DNA of 64,000 bases from Lama glama (lineage: Eukaryota). The stretch lies in the NCBI GenBank assembly GCA_028534125.1, contig CM052816.1:25856001-25920000 (forward strand). The letters run 5' to 3'. Made by a program: the position numbers and the translations under genes. Below are positions 25,741 to 38,037 of this stretch, in pieces; the first letter of the stretch is position 1; each line of letters opens with the position of its first letter. The notes beneath the pieces are model-generated. The model did no database searches, was not told the DNA's origin, and saw only the letters and a list, made by a program, of their open reading frames with translations.

Positions 25741-28234
25741 ATGGGAAGTGGCCGTTTTTTGGTGGTGTGCTTGGTCTGTGTGTCTGGAGAGGATTCATAG
25801 AGGAGATAATGTTAGACTTGGTCTCTGTTTGGTCCTCAGTTCGTTAGGAACCTTAACTTTCCTTGGGGATTCGGATGAGGCCATCTTTAAAGGCTTTTTT
25901 TCCCAGGGGAATTAAAAGTGTGACATCAGGAATTGTTGAAGAAGCTTGTTTTGTTTAGGCTGGAGGGGAAAAAAAAAACAGAGGGCAGCTGGAGGTGGCA
26001 GGAATGTCGACATGGTCATTGTCTTTGTGTGACTGTCAGGTGAACTGTCTATAGGGTATCACAAGGCGCAGCCAAGGTCTGGGTGTTCAAAGATTTTAGT
26101 ACACAGCCAGGAACAACTTTTAAACAAGGTGGCTGGAAGAAAGCGGGACAGTCCTGGGTAGTGGTGGGAGCCCGCCCAACAGTGATGAAGCAGGAGGGAA
26201 AAGGGACACACAGTACGAGGGCTGTGCACGCCTCACCTCACAGCTGCCACATCCTTGTATCCACCACAATGCTCTCAGCCTTCAGTATCTTGTGACCTAC
26301 AGGTTTCTACTCTTATTACCAGTTTTCCTTTCCATATTACCAATGCAGATTCCCAAAGCAAGTCGCTGCTTGGTTGCCTCTGTTTCAGTTACCCATCACT
26401 GGAACAGTCAGCTGAGGCCAGGGTTAGGGTCACTTGTCCTGAGGCCTGGTCACCTCGGACTTCGCTCTGAGCAGGGCAGGTACTCTGTAAATCACACACT
26501 GGGTCTCATTCATTGAGATGGATTAAGGGGTCTGCTACCCAGTGATATGCAAACTATACTTCCACTTCTGGAATAATACAGGATACGGTTTGTTCTGTTA
26601 CAAGCTTGCAGACTTACAGGTATAGAGTTTGGATGGAGTTACAGGCTAAACATGGTTGACTCCGTAGCACCAAATAGGTGTTGCATACCCTGTAGTTGCA
26701 CAATAAATGCTTAATGGGCCTGGCCATCTTTCTGGGAACACTTAACTGCTAAGTAGTAACAAGAGGAAATAACACAACACTGTGGATATGGAATCCTTAT
26801 GGGATCTCAACAAAGAAATTATTTGCAACACAACCCAATCCCCATCACTTCAATACAGCATAGGTGTAGAAAAAAGTCACACTGCAAGCATCGTTTCGTT
26901 CAAGGCAGAACTCCACACCTCCCAACACAGCTAGCCCATCTTCCCAAGAGACCCATGCCCAGAGCCAAACTGAACACACAAACATGGGCCAGCCCAGAAT
27001 GAAGCTGGGTTATAAAGGTAAGGAAGCGGGCGGGAGTGAGGTTACAGAACATAGACAACATTCTTATTAAATATCCCATAGGTAATACAGCAGCTTAGAT
27101 GGTGTGTTGGTGTCTAAGACAGTCTTGATACAAAGAAAACCCTGTGTGGTGAGCACACTCAAATGGTCCATTGCTCTCTTCAGCTGTATTTTTACTTTAT
27201 AGGTTATAATCTTCAGATATTTTCAAAAATAATGTTACAGGGAAGGCAGTATTAGCATTTTGAGAAAGACCATGCCCAGTCTGTTGGTGGAAAGGGACGA
27301 TAACAAACCTGGTGGGATACATGAGAATTTAAAGATGAAAATGACTTGTATAGCATGTCCCTAGCACCTAGCTCATAGGCCAGACATTTGGAAGAATAAA
27401 TGTGCAGTAAAATACTAAATCTTTTTGGAATAACTGTACACTTATCTCTAATTTATATCTGATAAGCACGAACCATAACTATGCCCAGATTTGTAAAATT
27501 TTAAAATGGACTTGTAAAGGGCTAATTTTCATGTTGGGCATTTAGGCCTTTAAAAAGTATAGTCTGCTTTATACGGCCATGGGTTACAAAGTGTTCACGA
27601 TGTTGAGACGTCAGCAAAATGATAAGCCGTTTATATCGTTTAGAGCCAAAACGGTACCTTCCTACTTGGCCCCTTATAATAGCATGTTGTCTAAACATAG
27701 ACTTCCTGACAAAGAAACAGGACACTTTGTAGTTTATGTGAGAAGCATTCCTTAAGCCTTCACTGCAGTGCAGAGATTTGGCCCTGTAAACATGTGCGTG
27801 AGTATATTCACGCGTAAATTCTAGGTGGGTATAAATATTCTGTGACATCATGGACTGGATTGTGCATATAAAGAAAAATAGACTAAGCACACGTATTTAA
27901 TTAGAGAAACTTCAAGATCTTTCCACAAGTAGAGCATTTATTTTGAGCACTTTGGGGATTCTAGAAAAATTAGGCCGACTTATTAAGGCCCTATGAAGTT
28001 GAAAATGGACTTTTCTTTAGGATTTTATTCCCCCTAAGTGCCAACAATGATGATTTTTAACAATACCCCCTTTGGACTTAGATAAGGTCTGCTCGTGTGG
28101 CTTCTAGAAATAGTATTAGGCGATGTGAACAGTTTTGCAGCGTGGAAGTTGCAACTTGTGTTTCACCTACGTGCCAGCTTCACGCAGTTAACCCCTCCTC
28201 CCCCCCACCCCACCCCCACATAACCAGTGATTAA

Positions 28235-28670
28235 CTGCGTGTTGGGGTCCCTTCACGCCGGACCCCACTTTTTCCTTTGTCCTGTTTTCGAGACCACGAA
28301 TTCAGTGTCAAGCGTTGGGAGTGGGTTTGCGTGTTGGGTGGAGCTGCGCGGCGTGGGTCGTGGTGGGAAACCCGGCCCTGTCATACGGACAGTAGCCTTT
28401 CATCACAAGGACCTGCTGGCGTTGATTTACGGAGCCGGGCAGCCCGGTGTCCCCGAGAGAACCCTGGCTTGGGGCGCACGCCCCCGCCTGCCCCGCCTCG
28501 TGGCTGGCCCGCCACCTTGGCCGCCGCTTCTTCCCCAGGCGATGCTCCTTTATTCGCCCCCATCGCTGCCCCGCTGCTCCGGGCGGCCGCCCTCGGCCCA
28601 GCCAATCAGACGCCGGCGTTCCCAGCAGGCGCCGGCCAATCCGAGGCCAGCGTTTGCTGGAAACGCGAAA
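28235..28670. promoter_or_regulatory. Intragenic CpG island with GC boxes and two CCAAT boxes (candidate internal promoter)
   Basis: Abrupt GC- and CpG-rich segment in an otherwise CpG-poor intron. CCCCCGCCTGCCCCGCC at ~28481-28497; CCAAT at 28602 (CAGCCAATCAG) and 28636 (CGGCCAATCCG). Confidence 0.75.
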
Positions 28671-30692
28671 CCCTTAGGGGAAAAGCAATAACAAAAGCCT
28701 TTCACTGCAGACAAATGTTAAGTGTCTGTGCAGACTTTTCCTGTTTTTAATTTTATTACTGTAAGAATGGAGGGTTTGTTGTTTCTTTCATGTTTCCTTT
28801 CAAGCAATTTTAATTATACATTTGTGCTACATCAGGGACTCTGGAACGCAGTGATTCAGCCTATTGCATCTAAAGTTAAAATGCAGTAACCTTCTGGCAA
28901 TACAGATACATTTCTGCACTGTAAATATAGCTGACATGCTAAAGAATTTTAAGCAGCTGCAAAGGTCTTTGACACCACACACAGTGCCCCAGAGAGCAGA
29001 TGATGAGAAAAACAGCTCTGTCTTCCCCTTCGCCTTCTCTCCCGCCCCCTCCCTTTTCCTGAAAGGATGTGCTCATAAAAGAATCCTTTCCTCCAATTGT
29101 TCTGTCTTGTGCAAATTTTGACCAAATGCCTAACTGCAACTGATTCTCATCTCAGTATGAATTTTTATACTCAATGGCTTAAAATTTTTTTTTTCCCTAA
29201 AGGAATTAGAATGGAATCAACTGTGATTTGAGGCAGTGCTTGCTTTGCTTCATGCAAACTACCCCCACCCCAACACACATACTATTGATACAGTGAGTAA
29301 ATTCAGCTGTCACCTAAGTAATAGTAACACAGATCATATGGGAAACAATTTTTAAATCTCTTTTTGAGAATTTTGAAAGAAACTCTCTCTTCCTCACTAC
29401 TTGAGTCCCAACCATTCAAATATTTAACCTGCTGTTTAAGACGTTCCCAAGGAAATGAGTCTTACCTTATGAGGTGTCCCTTACCATAAAGGAGTTCAAT
29501 ACAGGTTTTCTGCAGAATTCAGAATGGCGATGAGCTGGTGAGTAAAACAGCTAGAAACAGACTTTGAGTATTGTCTCTTGGTGTTTCCAAGAAGTGTGTG
29601 TGAGTTGGGGAGGGGAGTGTTAAGTAACAAAGGCACACTTAATACTTCATTTTTTTACCCTCATATTTTATATACGTCTCAAAATCTAGGTCCTTTTTAT
29701 ATATGCTTTAAAGGAGAGAGTTAAAAAAATTTGGAACCTGTCCTCTAGAGAAATAAAAAGGATGTTAAATTTTGTTTCCCTGTGACATTTGGTATACTAA
29801 GTGCACTTAAGTTTAGTAATTCACAGATGCAGTGCTAAATTAGATTGTCTGTCTGCAAAGCAGTTGGGAAAAGCAGAATGGCTTGCAGGAAACAAGTGTG
29901 TTGGTTTTGAGATTTTTTTTTTCTAATCCTCTGTGGCAAATGCTTACTAAAGTTGATTCTAAAGATAACCCCAAGGGCAAACCTATTGTGCACATTTATT
30001 TTCTAAAGAGGGCTATTTTGGGAGTCCTTAATGTGAAACAAGACCAAACAGTGAAACAGATACCATAGGGCTGATTCTTGTCTCACAAAGCCAGAGAGGG
30101 AGGATTAGGAAGAAGAAATCGTAGCTGATTGCTCTCTGGACTCCAAGCCCCCGCTTCCCCCCACCCCCAAACCTATTTTTGTGCATGCACATCATTTCTT
30201 TTGCTAAATAAAAATCACCATTATTTTGTATTGTTGAACTGGAAACAAAACCAATGCCTTTCAGTCACCTTCTGGTTTAAGCACTGGTAAATGGCGCTTA
30301 GTTTTTGTTGGCCGCTTGCCAAACGAAAGCAATTATGTGTAATAATAGAAAAATTAAGAGGTGAGTGTTGCTGTTTTACAGCAGGACATGGCAAAAACCA
30401 TTTCCTTCTGTCAGCAGTATCTTGATTACGCTCTCACACGCAGTCTTACCCTTTTGTACCACATGCTTGCGCGTGTGTGCGTGCGCACACACATACACAA
30501 ATACACACACACAGTTTCCTGTGGGTTTTCACTTGAGGTCACTGAAACCAGAAAGAGGAAGAATGCAAACCACAGCTTTTGAAAGCAAATGAGAATAGAG
30601 CTTTGCTGGTAAAAAGAATAGCAATAATAAATGAACTGGAAATAGAGTAATTGGTGCTAACCTTGGTCCTTCTTCATTCCCCACTCCTGCAG

Positions 30693-30780
30693 GTGTCCTC
30701 GTGGTCAATGTCACGTGGAGGAACAAGACTTACGTAGGGACCTTACTGGACTGCACCAAGCACGACTGGGCCCCTCCCAG
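30693..30780 (+). CDS. ZNF608: ZNF608 internal coding exon (88 nt), conserved Brakeless-family D2-region segment
   Basis: Acceptor ctcctgcag|GT and donor CCCAG|gtatgc. Translates (G)[28 protein letters not shown](R), the hallmark ZNF608/ZNF609/Brakeless motif. The phase-2 end joins the next exon in frame. Confidence 0.96.
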
Positions 30781-31303
30781 GTATGCACAGGGCCTTTGAT
30801 TTCAGGCTCTGTTTTCTCTCCTCCTTCCTCTTCTTCCCCTCTCTTTCCTCATCCTCCCTTTGCAAGGAAACCATAGAGAGAGATTAATAATACATGAAAG
30901 TCTGTCTGTAATTGAAACCAGGCAAAAGAGCAATGAACAATTCAGGACTGAACACAGTAAAATGCAGATACTGGGTTTCTTTTCTGTAGGGAGTTCTCTA
31001 CTTCCTGCCCCTTCTCTTTCTCCTTTGTTCTCCTTTCTCAAAACAGGAATTTGAACTAGATTTGAAGCTTAGCTACCCGAGTTGGTTTTCTTTGGTTTGC
31101 TGAGAGTGGATGTCAGCCTTCGGTAGCATGTTCTTTTGGGGGTGTTGAAATTCTCAGTGGAAGAGTAGAATGTCTTTTCCTTCTCTGGGCCCAGCCCTGG
31201 AGCTCCTGGGGTGTTGTCTGCTCTCTGCCACCTCATGTGCCTCGTGATTTCACCTGGCTCCTTTGGAGATGCCCGTTTTGACGTCTGTTCCTTGCTTCCC
31301 CAG

Positions 31304-33758
31304 GTTCTGTGAGTCACCAACCAGTGACCTGGAGATGAGAGGGGGCCGGGGCCGAGGGAAGAGAGCCAGGTCCGCCGCAGCCGCCCCGGGCTCGGAGGCC
31401 AGCTTCACAGAGTCCAGAGGGCTGCAGAACAAGAACAGAGGCGGGGCCAACGGGAAAGGGAGGCGGGGCAGCCTCAACGCCAGCGGGCGGAGGACACCCC
31501 CGAATTGCGCGGCTGAGGACATCAAAGCCAGTCCCTCCTCCACCAACAAAAGGAAAAACAAGCCTCCAATGGAGCTTGACCTGAACTCCAGCTCCGAGGA
31601 CAATAAGCCCGGGAAACGCGTCCGCACAAATTCGAGAAGCACCCCCACCACCCCTCAAGGGAAACCAGAGACTACTTTTTTGGACCAAGGCTGCTCTTCT
31701 CCGGTGTTGATCGATTGTCCCCATCCAAACTGCAACAAAAAGTACAAGCACATTAACGGCCTCAGGTACCACCAGGCTCATGCGCACTTGGACCCGGAGA
31801 ACAAGCTAGAGTTCGAACCTGACAGCGAGGACAAGATCTCGGACTGCGAGGAGGCGCTGAGCAACGTGGCCCTGGACTGCAGTGAGCCGAGCGCAGGTGT
31901 TTCAACCTACGAGCAGGTGAAGGCGCCGGTATCCCCTGGCTCGGGGAACCCCCCGGGGACCCCCAAGGGAAAGAGAGAGCTGATGAGCAACGGCCCGGGT
32001 TCTGTGATTGGATCGAAGGCTGGGAAGAATTCGGGCAAAAAGAAGGGGCTGAACAATGACCTGAACAACCTCCCGGTCATCTCCAACATGACGGCCACCT
32101 TAGACAGTTGCACTGCTGCAGACGGAGGTCTGGCTGCCGAGATGCCCAAACTGGAAGCGGAGGGATTCATTGACAAGAAAAACGTGGGCGAGAAAGAAAA
32201 GGGCAAAAAAGCCAACAGTTGCAAAATGGACAGAAACCTCTCCAAACTCAAAACTGCCCGGCCCATCGCCCCCGCCCCGGCCCCCACGCCCCCGCAGCTA
32301 ATCGCTATACCCACCGCAGCTTTTACCAGCACCACCACGGGGACCATCCCTGGGCTGCCCTCCCTCACGACCACGGTGGTTCAGGCCACACCAAAGAGCC
32401 CTCCGTTAAAACCCATTCAGCCAAAGCCCACGATCATGGGGGAGCCCATCACCGTGAACCCAGCTCTCGTGTCGCTCAAAGACAAAAAGAAAAAGGAGAA
32501 GCGAAAGCTGAAGGACAAAGAAGGGAAAGAGACGGGGAGCCCGAAAATGGAGGCGAAGCTGGGCAAACTGGAGGACGCCAAGGGGGCGGGGAAAGACTTA
32601 TCCGGGCATTTTTTAAAGGACCATCTCAGCAAGAGTGAGGGGCTGGCCAACGGACTGTCTGAGTCGCAGGAGAGCCGGATGGCCAGTATCAAAGCCGAGG
32701 CTGATAAGGTTTACACTTTCACCGACAACGCCCCCAGCCCCTCCATCGGGAGTGCCTCGAGGATGGAGTGCAGCGCTTTGGTGAACGGGCAGGCGCCCAT
32801 GGCCCCGCTGCACGTGCTGACCCAGAATGGGGCGGAGGGTTCCGCCGCCAAGACGAGCAGCCCCGCCTACTCGGACATATCGGATGCTGCCGATGACGGT
32901 GGTTCTGACAGCAGGTCCGAAGGCATGAGGTCAAAGGCCAGTTCCCCGTCCGATATTCTTTCTAGCAAGGACGGCGTTGTCAAAGGGCATCCTTCAGCTG
33001 CAGCACAGTCGTCGCAAATGAAAGAGTCCCACTCTCCCTATTACCATGGCTACGACCCTTATTATTCTCCTAGTTACCTGCACCCTGGGCAGGTGGGCGC
33101 CCCTGTAACTGGGAACGGCGGGAGCGCCCAGGGAATGAAGATCAAGAAGGAGTCCGAGGAAGATGCAGAAAAGAAAGACAAGGCAGAGCAGCTGGAGGCC
33201 AAGAAAGTGGACCATAATTCTGCATCCTTACAGCCTCAGCACCAGTCGGTGATCACACAGAGACATCCGGCCCTGGCTCAGTCACTGTATTACGGCCAGT
33301 ATGCCTACGGGCTCTACATGGACCAGAAGTCTCTGATGGCCACCAGCCCGGCCTACAGACAGCAGTATGAGAAGTATTATGAGGACCAGAGGCTGGCTGA
33401 ACAGAAAATGGCCCAAACTGGGCGAGGAGACTGTGAAAGGAAAAACGAGCTCCCCTTGAAAGAGCTGGGCAAGGAGGAGAGTAAACAGAAAAACATGCCG
33501 TCGGCCACAATCTCAAAAGCTCCTTCTACTCCGGAGCCTAACAAAAACCATTCTAAACTAGGGCCGTCAGTGCCTAATAAAACTGAGGAGACAGGTAAAT
33601 CGCAGCTTCTCTCCAATCACCAGCAGCAGCTTCAGGCCGACAGCTTCAAAGCTAAGCAGATGGAAAACCACCAGCTTATTAAGGAGGCTGTAGAAATGAA
33701 ATCTGTCATGGACTCTATGAAGCAGACAGGTGTAGACCCAACCTCGAGATTTAAACAA
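31304..33758 (+). CDS. ZNF608: ZNF608 large coding exon (2455 nt) containing the single C2H2 zinc finger
   Basis: Core of the 868-aa ORF. Acceptor cttccccag|G, donor CAA|gtaaga. Encodes [23 protein letters not shown]..., finger [24 protein letters not shown], basic [12 protein letters not shown] tract, and [13 protein letters not shown] and [10 protein letters not shown] motifs. Resembles ZNF608 rather than ZNF609 from recall. Confidence 0.97.
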
Positions 33759-35119
33759 GTAAGATTGTGGAGCGTGGCCCCCTCAGGGAGACAGCAGTGT
33801 GAGACTCGTATATGGCTGGGCTTGATCTCGTTTGATTTCTTCCCAGAAAATCAACCAAGGGTTCCTTAGGCTCAATGCCTCTTCTCTTGAAAGATATTTT
33901 AGAAGGTTTTCTCAGGAGTTCTTGTGTCCTTTTAAAATGTACACTGCTCACTAGTTCCTCTTCATCTCGTGTAGTAAAAAGAACCTGGGCCATGTGCTTT
34001 GCAGACTCGTGTTCCCTGCCATTAACTAACTGAATCTGACGAGGTCTTTTAATTTCTCACTGAGTCCAGAGTGCGGGAATTCTACGCCGTGGTGGCTGAG
34101 TTCTCTTCTCACTCTGAGATTCTGAGTCTGATCACTCAAATAATTAGTTCTTTGGTATTTCCAAACTTATTTTGGCATTTTCTAAGAATATTCAGATGGG
34201 GTCCTTAAGTGCACATTTCCCCCTCATCTTTTTCATGAAACCCAGGTGTCTTGAGGTCCCTAGACTCCTGTGTTGTGCTCTCTGTTAAGGGCCCCAAAGT
34301 AGGGCTCAGTGCTGCTCACTTGTGAGGCGAGCCAGGGGTCTGGGTGGACGGGTCACAGGCAGCCACCCCGGAGCCCTGTGGTCAGTCAGCCAGTGGTTAA
34401 ATGTGCGAACACCTGAAAACCAGTCACCATGAAATCAGACACGTGCTAGTGCTTTCTGTCACGACTCAGAGACATCCTGACTGACTACTGCAGTCCCACA
34501 GGCATTAATTCTGGTATTTCCCAGCTCCCGCAACCCCCACGCTGCTCCCATGCTTAGATGTCTCCTGTGACCCAGAGCAACAGAATCCTTTCTTGGTGCC
34601 CATTTCTGCCCCAGAGTTGGGCCTTAAGCCTTAAATACCCATTGGGTTTATATGATGAATGGGATGGGAGGGTCACAAAGGCCATTGAAGGATCTCAGTT
34701 TCCCCACTTATGGAGGCTTGAATCCGTCTGGGACTTCACAGGGCTGCGTTTAGGACCATACAATTTGTGGGGGTCGGGGGTTATGGATGCTTCAGTTTCC
34801 TAACAGAAAAGCCATAATATGTACTGTTAAACTGAAATTTTACTTTAAGATGTCAGCACATGATGGGACGTGATCCAGTTGCATTAAACCCCAACTGCAG
34901 TAGATAAAGAAAACGTATGAGGAAACCACAGGTTTCCCTCCCCCCGCCACCACCCCGTTCTGTTAATCGATGTAGTAATTACTTATATTTACTGTTATCA
35001 GCGGGAGCTGGAGTTTTTAAAATTCTTTTTACCTATGTGAGAGAATAAAAGGAAAATGAGGGTTAGGTGAAATACATCTGTAGAGGTTATTTAATGTTAA
35101 CAAATGACCTTTAACAGCC

Positions 35120-35330
35120 CAGCTCTGAATTCTGGCAGAGCTAAGTTTGGAAGCCCAGCTCCATGCACTGGGCAGCAGTGTGACCCTGATATTACTTGAG
35201 CTTTAAAAGCTTTAGTTTTGTCATTTGTAAAAGGAATGATTAGCAATGCCGACCTCAGACATTATTACTTCACTACTTCACGAGAGGAGGCGGTACAGCT
35301 CTTTGCTCGGTGCAAACATAAACAAATGTT
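35120..35330 (+). mobile_element. Degenerate MIR
   Basis: cccagctccatgcact...tgtgaccctg...ttagttttgtcatttgtaaaagg. Confidence 0.5.
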
Positions 35331-35426
35331 AACGTAGTAGTAGAAGGAACAGTAATAGTGCTGTTGTGATGAATGGGTTCTTCTGAAAAACTGAAATTGT
35401 AAAACAAATCTGTTTCTGAAAATCAG

Positions 35427-35844
35427 GATCCAGATTCAAGGACGTGGCATCATTATGTCTACCAGCCCAAATACCTGGATCAGCAAAAGTCAGAAGAACT
35501 TGACAGAGAAAAGAAATTGAAAGAAGATAGTCCCAGGAAAACTCCCAATAAAGAGAGTGGTGTGCCCAGCCTTCCTGTGTCATTGACAAGCATCAAAGAG
35601 GAGCCCAAAGAAGCCAAGCGTCCGGATTCTCAGTCCTTGGATGAGAGCAAGCTGAAAAATGATGATCGGAAGACTCCCGTAAACTGGAAGGACTCTCGAG
35701 GAACGAGAGTGGCTGTCTCCTCACCCATGAGTCAGCATCAGTCCTACATACAGTACTTGCACGCTTATCCTTACCCACAGATGTATGACCCCAGCCACCC
35801 TGCATACCGGGCGGTTTCTCCCGTCTTAATGCACAGTTACCCTG
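35427..35844 (+). CDS. ZNF608: ZNF608 coding exon (418 nt)
   Basis: Acceptor aatcag|GAT, donor CCTG|gtatgt. Encodes [21 protein letters not shown]...[13 protein letters not shown](G). Phase 0 in, phase 1 out. Confidence 0.95.
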
Positions 35845-36409
35845 GTATGTGTTGTGGGTTCTCACTCTGTGGGTGGGAAGAGGCTGTGTTCAAAATATCA
35901 GCTGTTTTAAAACTCAGGATGAATTAGATGCTGCAAGAGTAGCATTTGTTTTGCTTGTTTTTATGCTGCTTAAGTCCCAAAGATGAAACTGATCTAACAT
36001 AAGATTTTTTTTTTTAAGATGGAATGTTAAGAGTCTTTCGCTGTGGTTTCCATAGGCTCTGAGGGTCGGCTCTAGCTGTTAGACTGACAGATACTTTATT
36101 GCCTGTGAAAGTATTCTGAGCACTTACTGTCATAACCGTTACTGTTACTGTTCCTTTCACTTAAGCAGACACATAAATGTATGAAATGGCTCTAAGCTCA
36201 ATTCTGTTTATAACCTCCCTTCATGAGGATGAATTAACTGGGAGAAGAGAATCAGAGAACCTAAATACAGTTTAATGATGGTGTAGCCCTTTCTTAATGT
36301 AATTCCCTATTTTAAGCTCTCTGACTCTCATCCCAAATTCATGTAATCCAAATTTTTTTTTTAAAGATGTCACCCCTAACTTGGTGTGGCGTTTATTGTT
36401 TATCTGCAG

Positions 36410-36582
36410 GGGCCTATCTCTCTCCAGGATTTCATTATCCTGTTTATGGAAAGATGTCAGGGAGAGAAGAGGCAGAGAAAGTCAATACCAGCCCTAGCAT
36501 CAACACAAAAACAACCACGGAATCGAAAGCACTGGATCTGCTCCAGCAGCACGCTAACCAGTACCGGAGCAAGTCTCCCGCC
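36410..36582 (+). CDS. ZNF608: ZNF608 coding exon (173 nt)
   Basis: Acceptor tctgcag|GG, donor GCC|gtaagc. Encodes (G)[20 protein letters not shown]...[19 protein letters not shown]. Confidence 0.95.
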
Positions 36583-37883
36583 GTAAGCCTCCTCTTGTTG
36601 TTACTTAAAAGTACTGTGTTTTTGAGGGGGGAAGAGTGCTAAGCTAGAAGACAGTCTTGAAATATAAATAGTTTTGGGACCCAGCTGTGATTTCAGGATG
36701 CTGTTTCATTCTAGTATATAAAGAATGGAAGGTTGAAAAGTAAGATGCTTTCATACACAGGGGGAAAAAATTGTCAGCACGTGTAACATAGTAGTGATTT
36801 TTCCGTTGAAACATTTATACCTTGCTTTCCCAGGAGGATCCCTGCTAGCCAGACATTTAAATTTATAGGGACCGAGCTTTGATGTGCTCGTGTGCCAGAG
36901 CGAGTAACTTGACTAAGGAGTGGCGGCTGCGTCTGCTGCTTTGGCCTTGACTCATGGACGTGTCCCTATAACTCTGCTGAAGTAGCTTGGGCATGTGTAT
37001 TTGTGCGAGGTGGCTCTGCTCCCACCCTGCCCTCCAAAAAAGGGCGATTGCTAGTCCTAGAGACTGTGGAGAAGACAGGTTAAAAACAAAAGTTGTGGTA
37101 GTTCTTGCCTCCAAAAGAGAAGTTTGGAGTAAATGGAAATACAGGTTCTGTGGCTGTGAGTCTGTCTGCCTGAGACCCTGTAAAGAGAGAAGATGATGTA
37201 TGGATCTTTTCCTGAGAGGACTCACTGTGCAAAGGGTTTTTTTTTTTTAAGTAAGAAAAAGGACTTTAAGAAAAAAGTGATTAAGTTCTAGTGGGTAAAA
37301 ACATCTCAGAAACCTTGAGCCTTAACAGTTATGATTTGGGAGAACCGGAGCTTCTCTGAGTGGTCCGAAATTGAGAGACTCTGGAATCCTTCGGAGGTGT
37401 AGGACAGTCATTTCCTCTGCTTGCTCTCGGCATGTGATAGTAGAGTGTCTGTTTTCAATGGAACATAGTAGATAAAGAAAGGTTTAAAATTATGACCTAC
37501 ATTCTCCTCACAAAATTAATTAGAGTAGAAGAGTAATCAGAAGGCTGGACCTTAAAGAAATCTCTACAACTACATCTTTGCCTCCATCCCTCTGTGACAG
37601 GTGTGTCTGGGAAGCAGGTGGGTCTATTCTAAACCTGCAGTTGTGAGTGAATATAGAGATCCTCTTGTCAGTCGTTTGAGGAAAACATGGATGCTGTGTT
37701 GGCTTAATTCCAGCTGAAACGAATGCCTGTCTTTTGAAATGATCTGCGATTAATAACAAATTTTACGTATCTCTGTATGTACTTTTCAATCATTAGCACG
37801 TATCGCCGAAAGGACAGGTGGTTTATGACTCCTACTAGCTGTTTTGTCGGAGGATTAAAGGGGGACCTCTGTTTCTGTTGCAG

Positions 37884-38037
37884 CCCGTGGAAAAGGCTGC
37901 AGTGGAGCGGGAGCGGGAAGCGGAAAGGGAGAGGGATCGCCACTCCCCCTTCGGCCAGCGCCACCTGCACACGCATCACCACACCCATGTCGGCATGGGT
38001 TACCCGCTCATCCCTGGTCAATATGACCCTTTCCAAG
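37884..38037 (+). CDS. ZNF608: ZNF608 coding exon (154 nt), RE-repeat and His-rich tract
   Basis: Acceptor ctgttgcag|CCC, donor CAAG|gtcagc. Encodes [51 protein letters not shown](G). Confidence 0.95.

Larger units (their letters stand above)
1..30692 (+). other. ZNF608: Large ZNF608 intron (upstream exons lie outside the window)
   Basis: The first recognisable exon starts mid-codon at 30693, and no upstream ZNF608-like coding sequence was seen in 1-30692. Confidence 0.85.

Noticed and set aside
28227..28750. 154-aa and 157-aa ORFs in the CpG island
   Set aside because: Stop-poor because of GC content, with non-ATG starts and low-complexity Pro/Ala/Arg products.
31263..33869. 868-aa ORF as a single-exon gene
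   Set aside because: Both ends run into intron sequence. Canonical splice sites at 31304 and 33758 join the flanking exons in frame. The in-frame intronic ATG (31269) and read-through tail have no further support.
31250..33993. Multiple antisense and alternate-frame ORFs over the large exon
   Set aside because: Shadow ORFs expected from a GC-rich coding exon; no recognisable domains.
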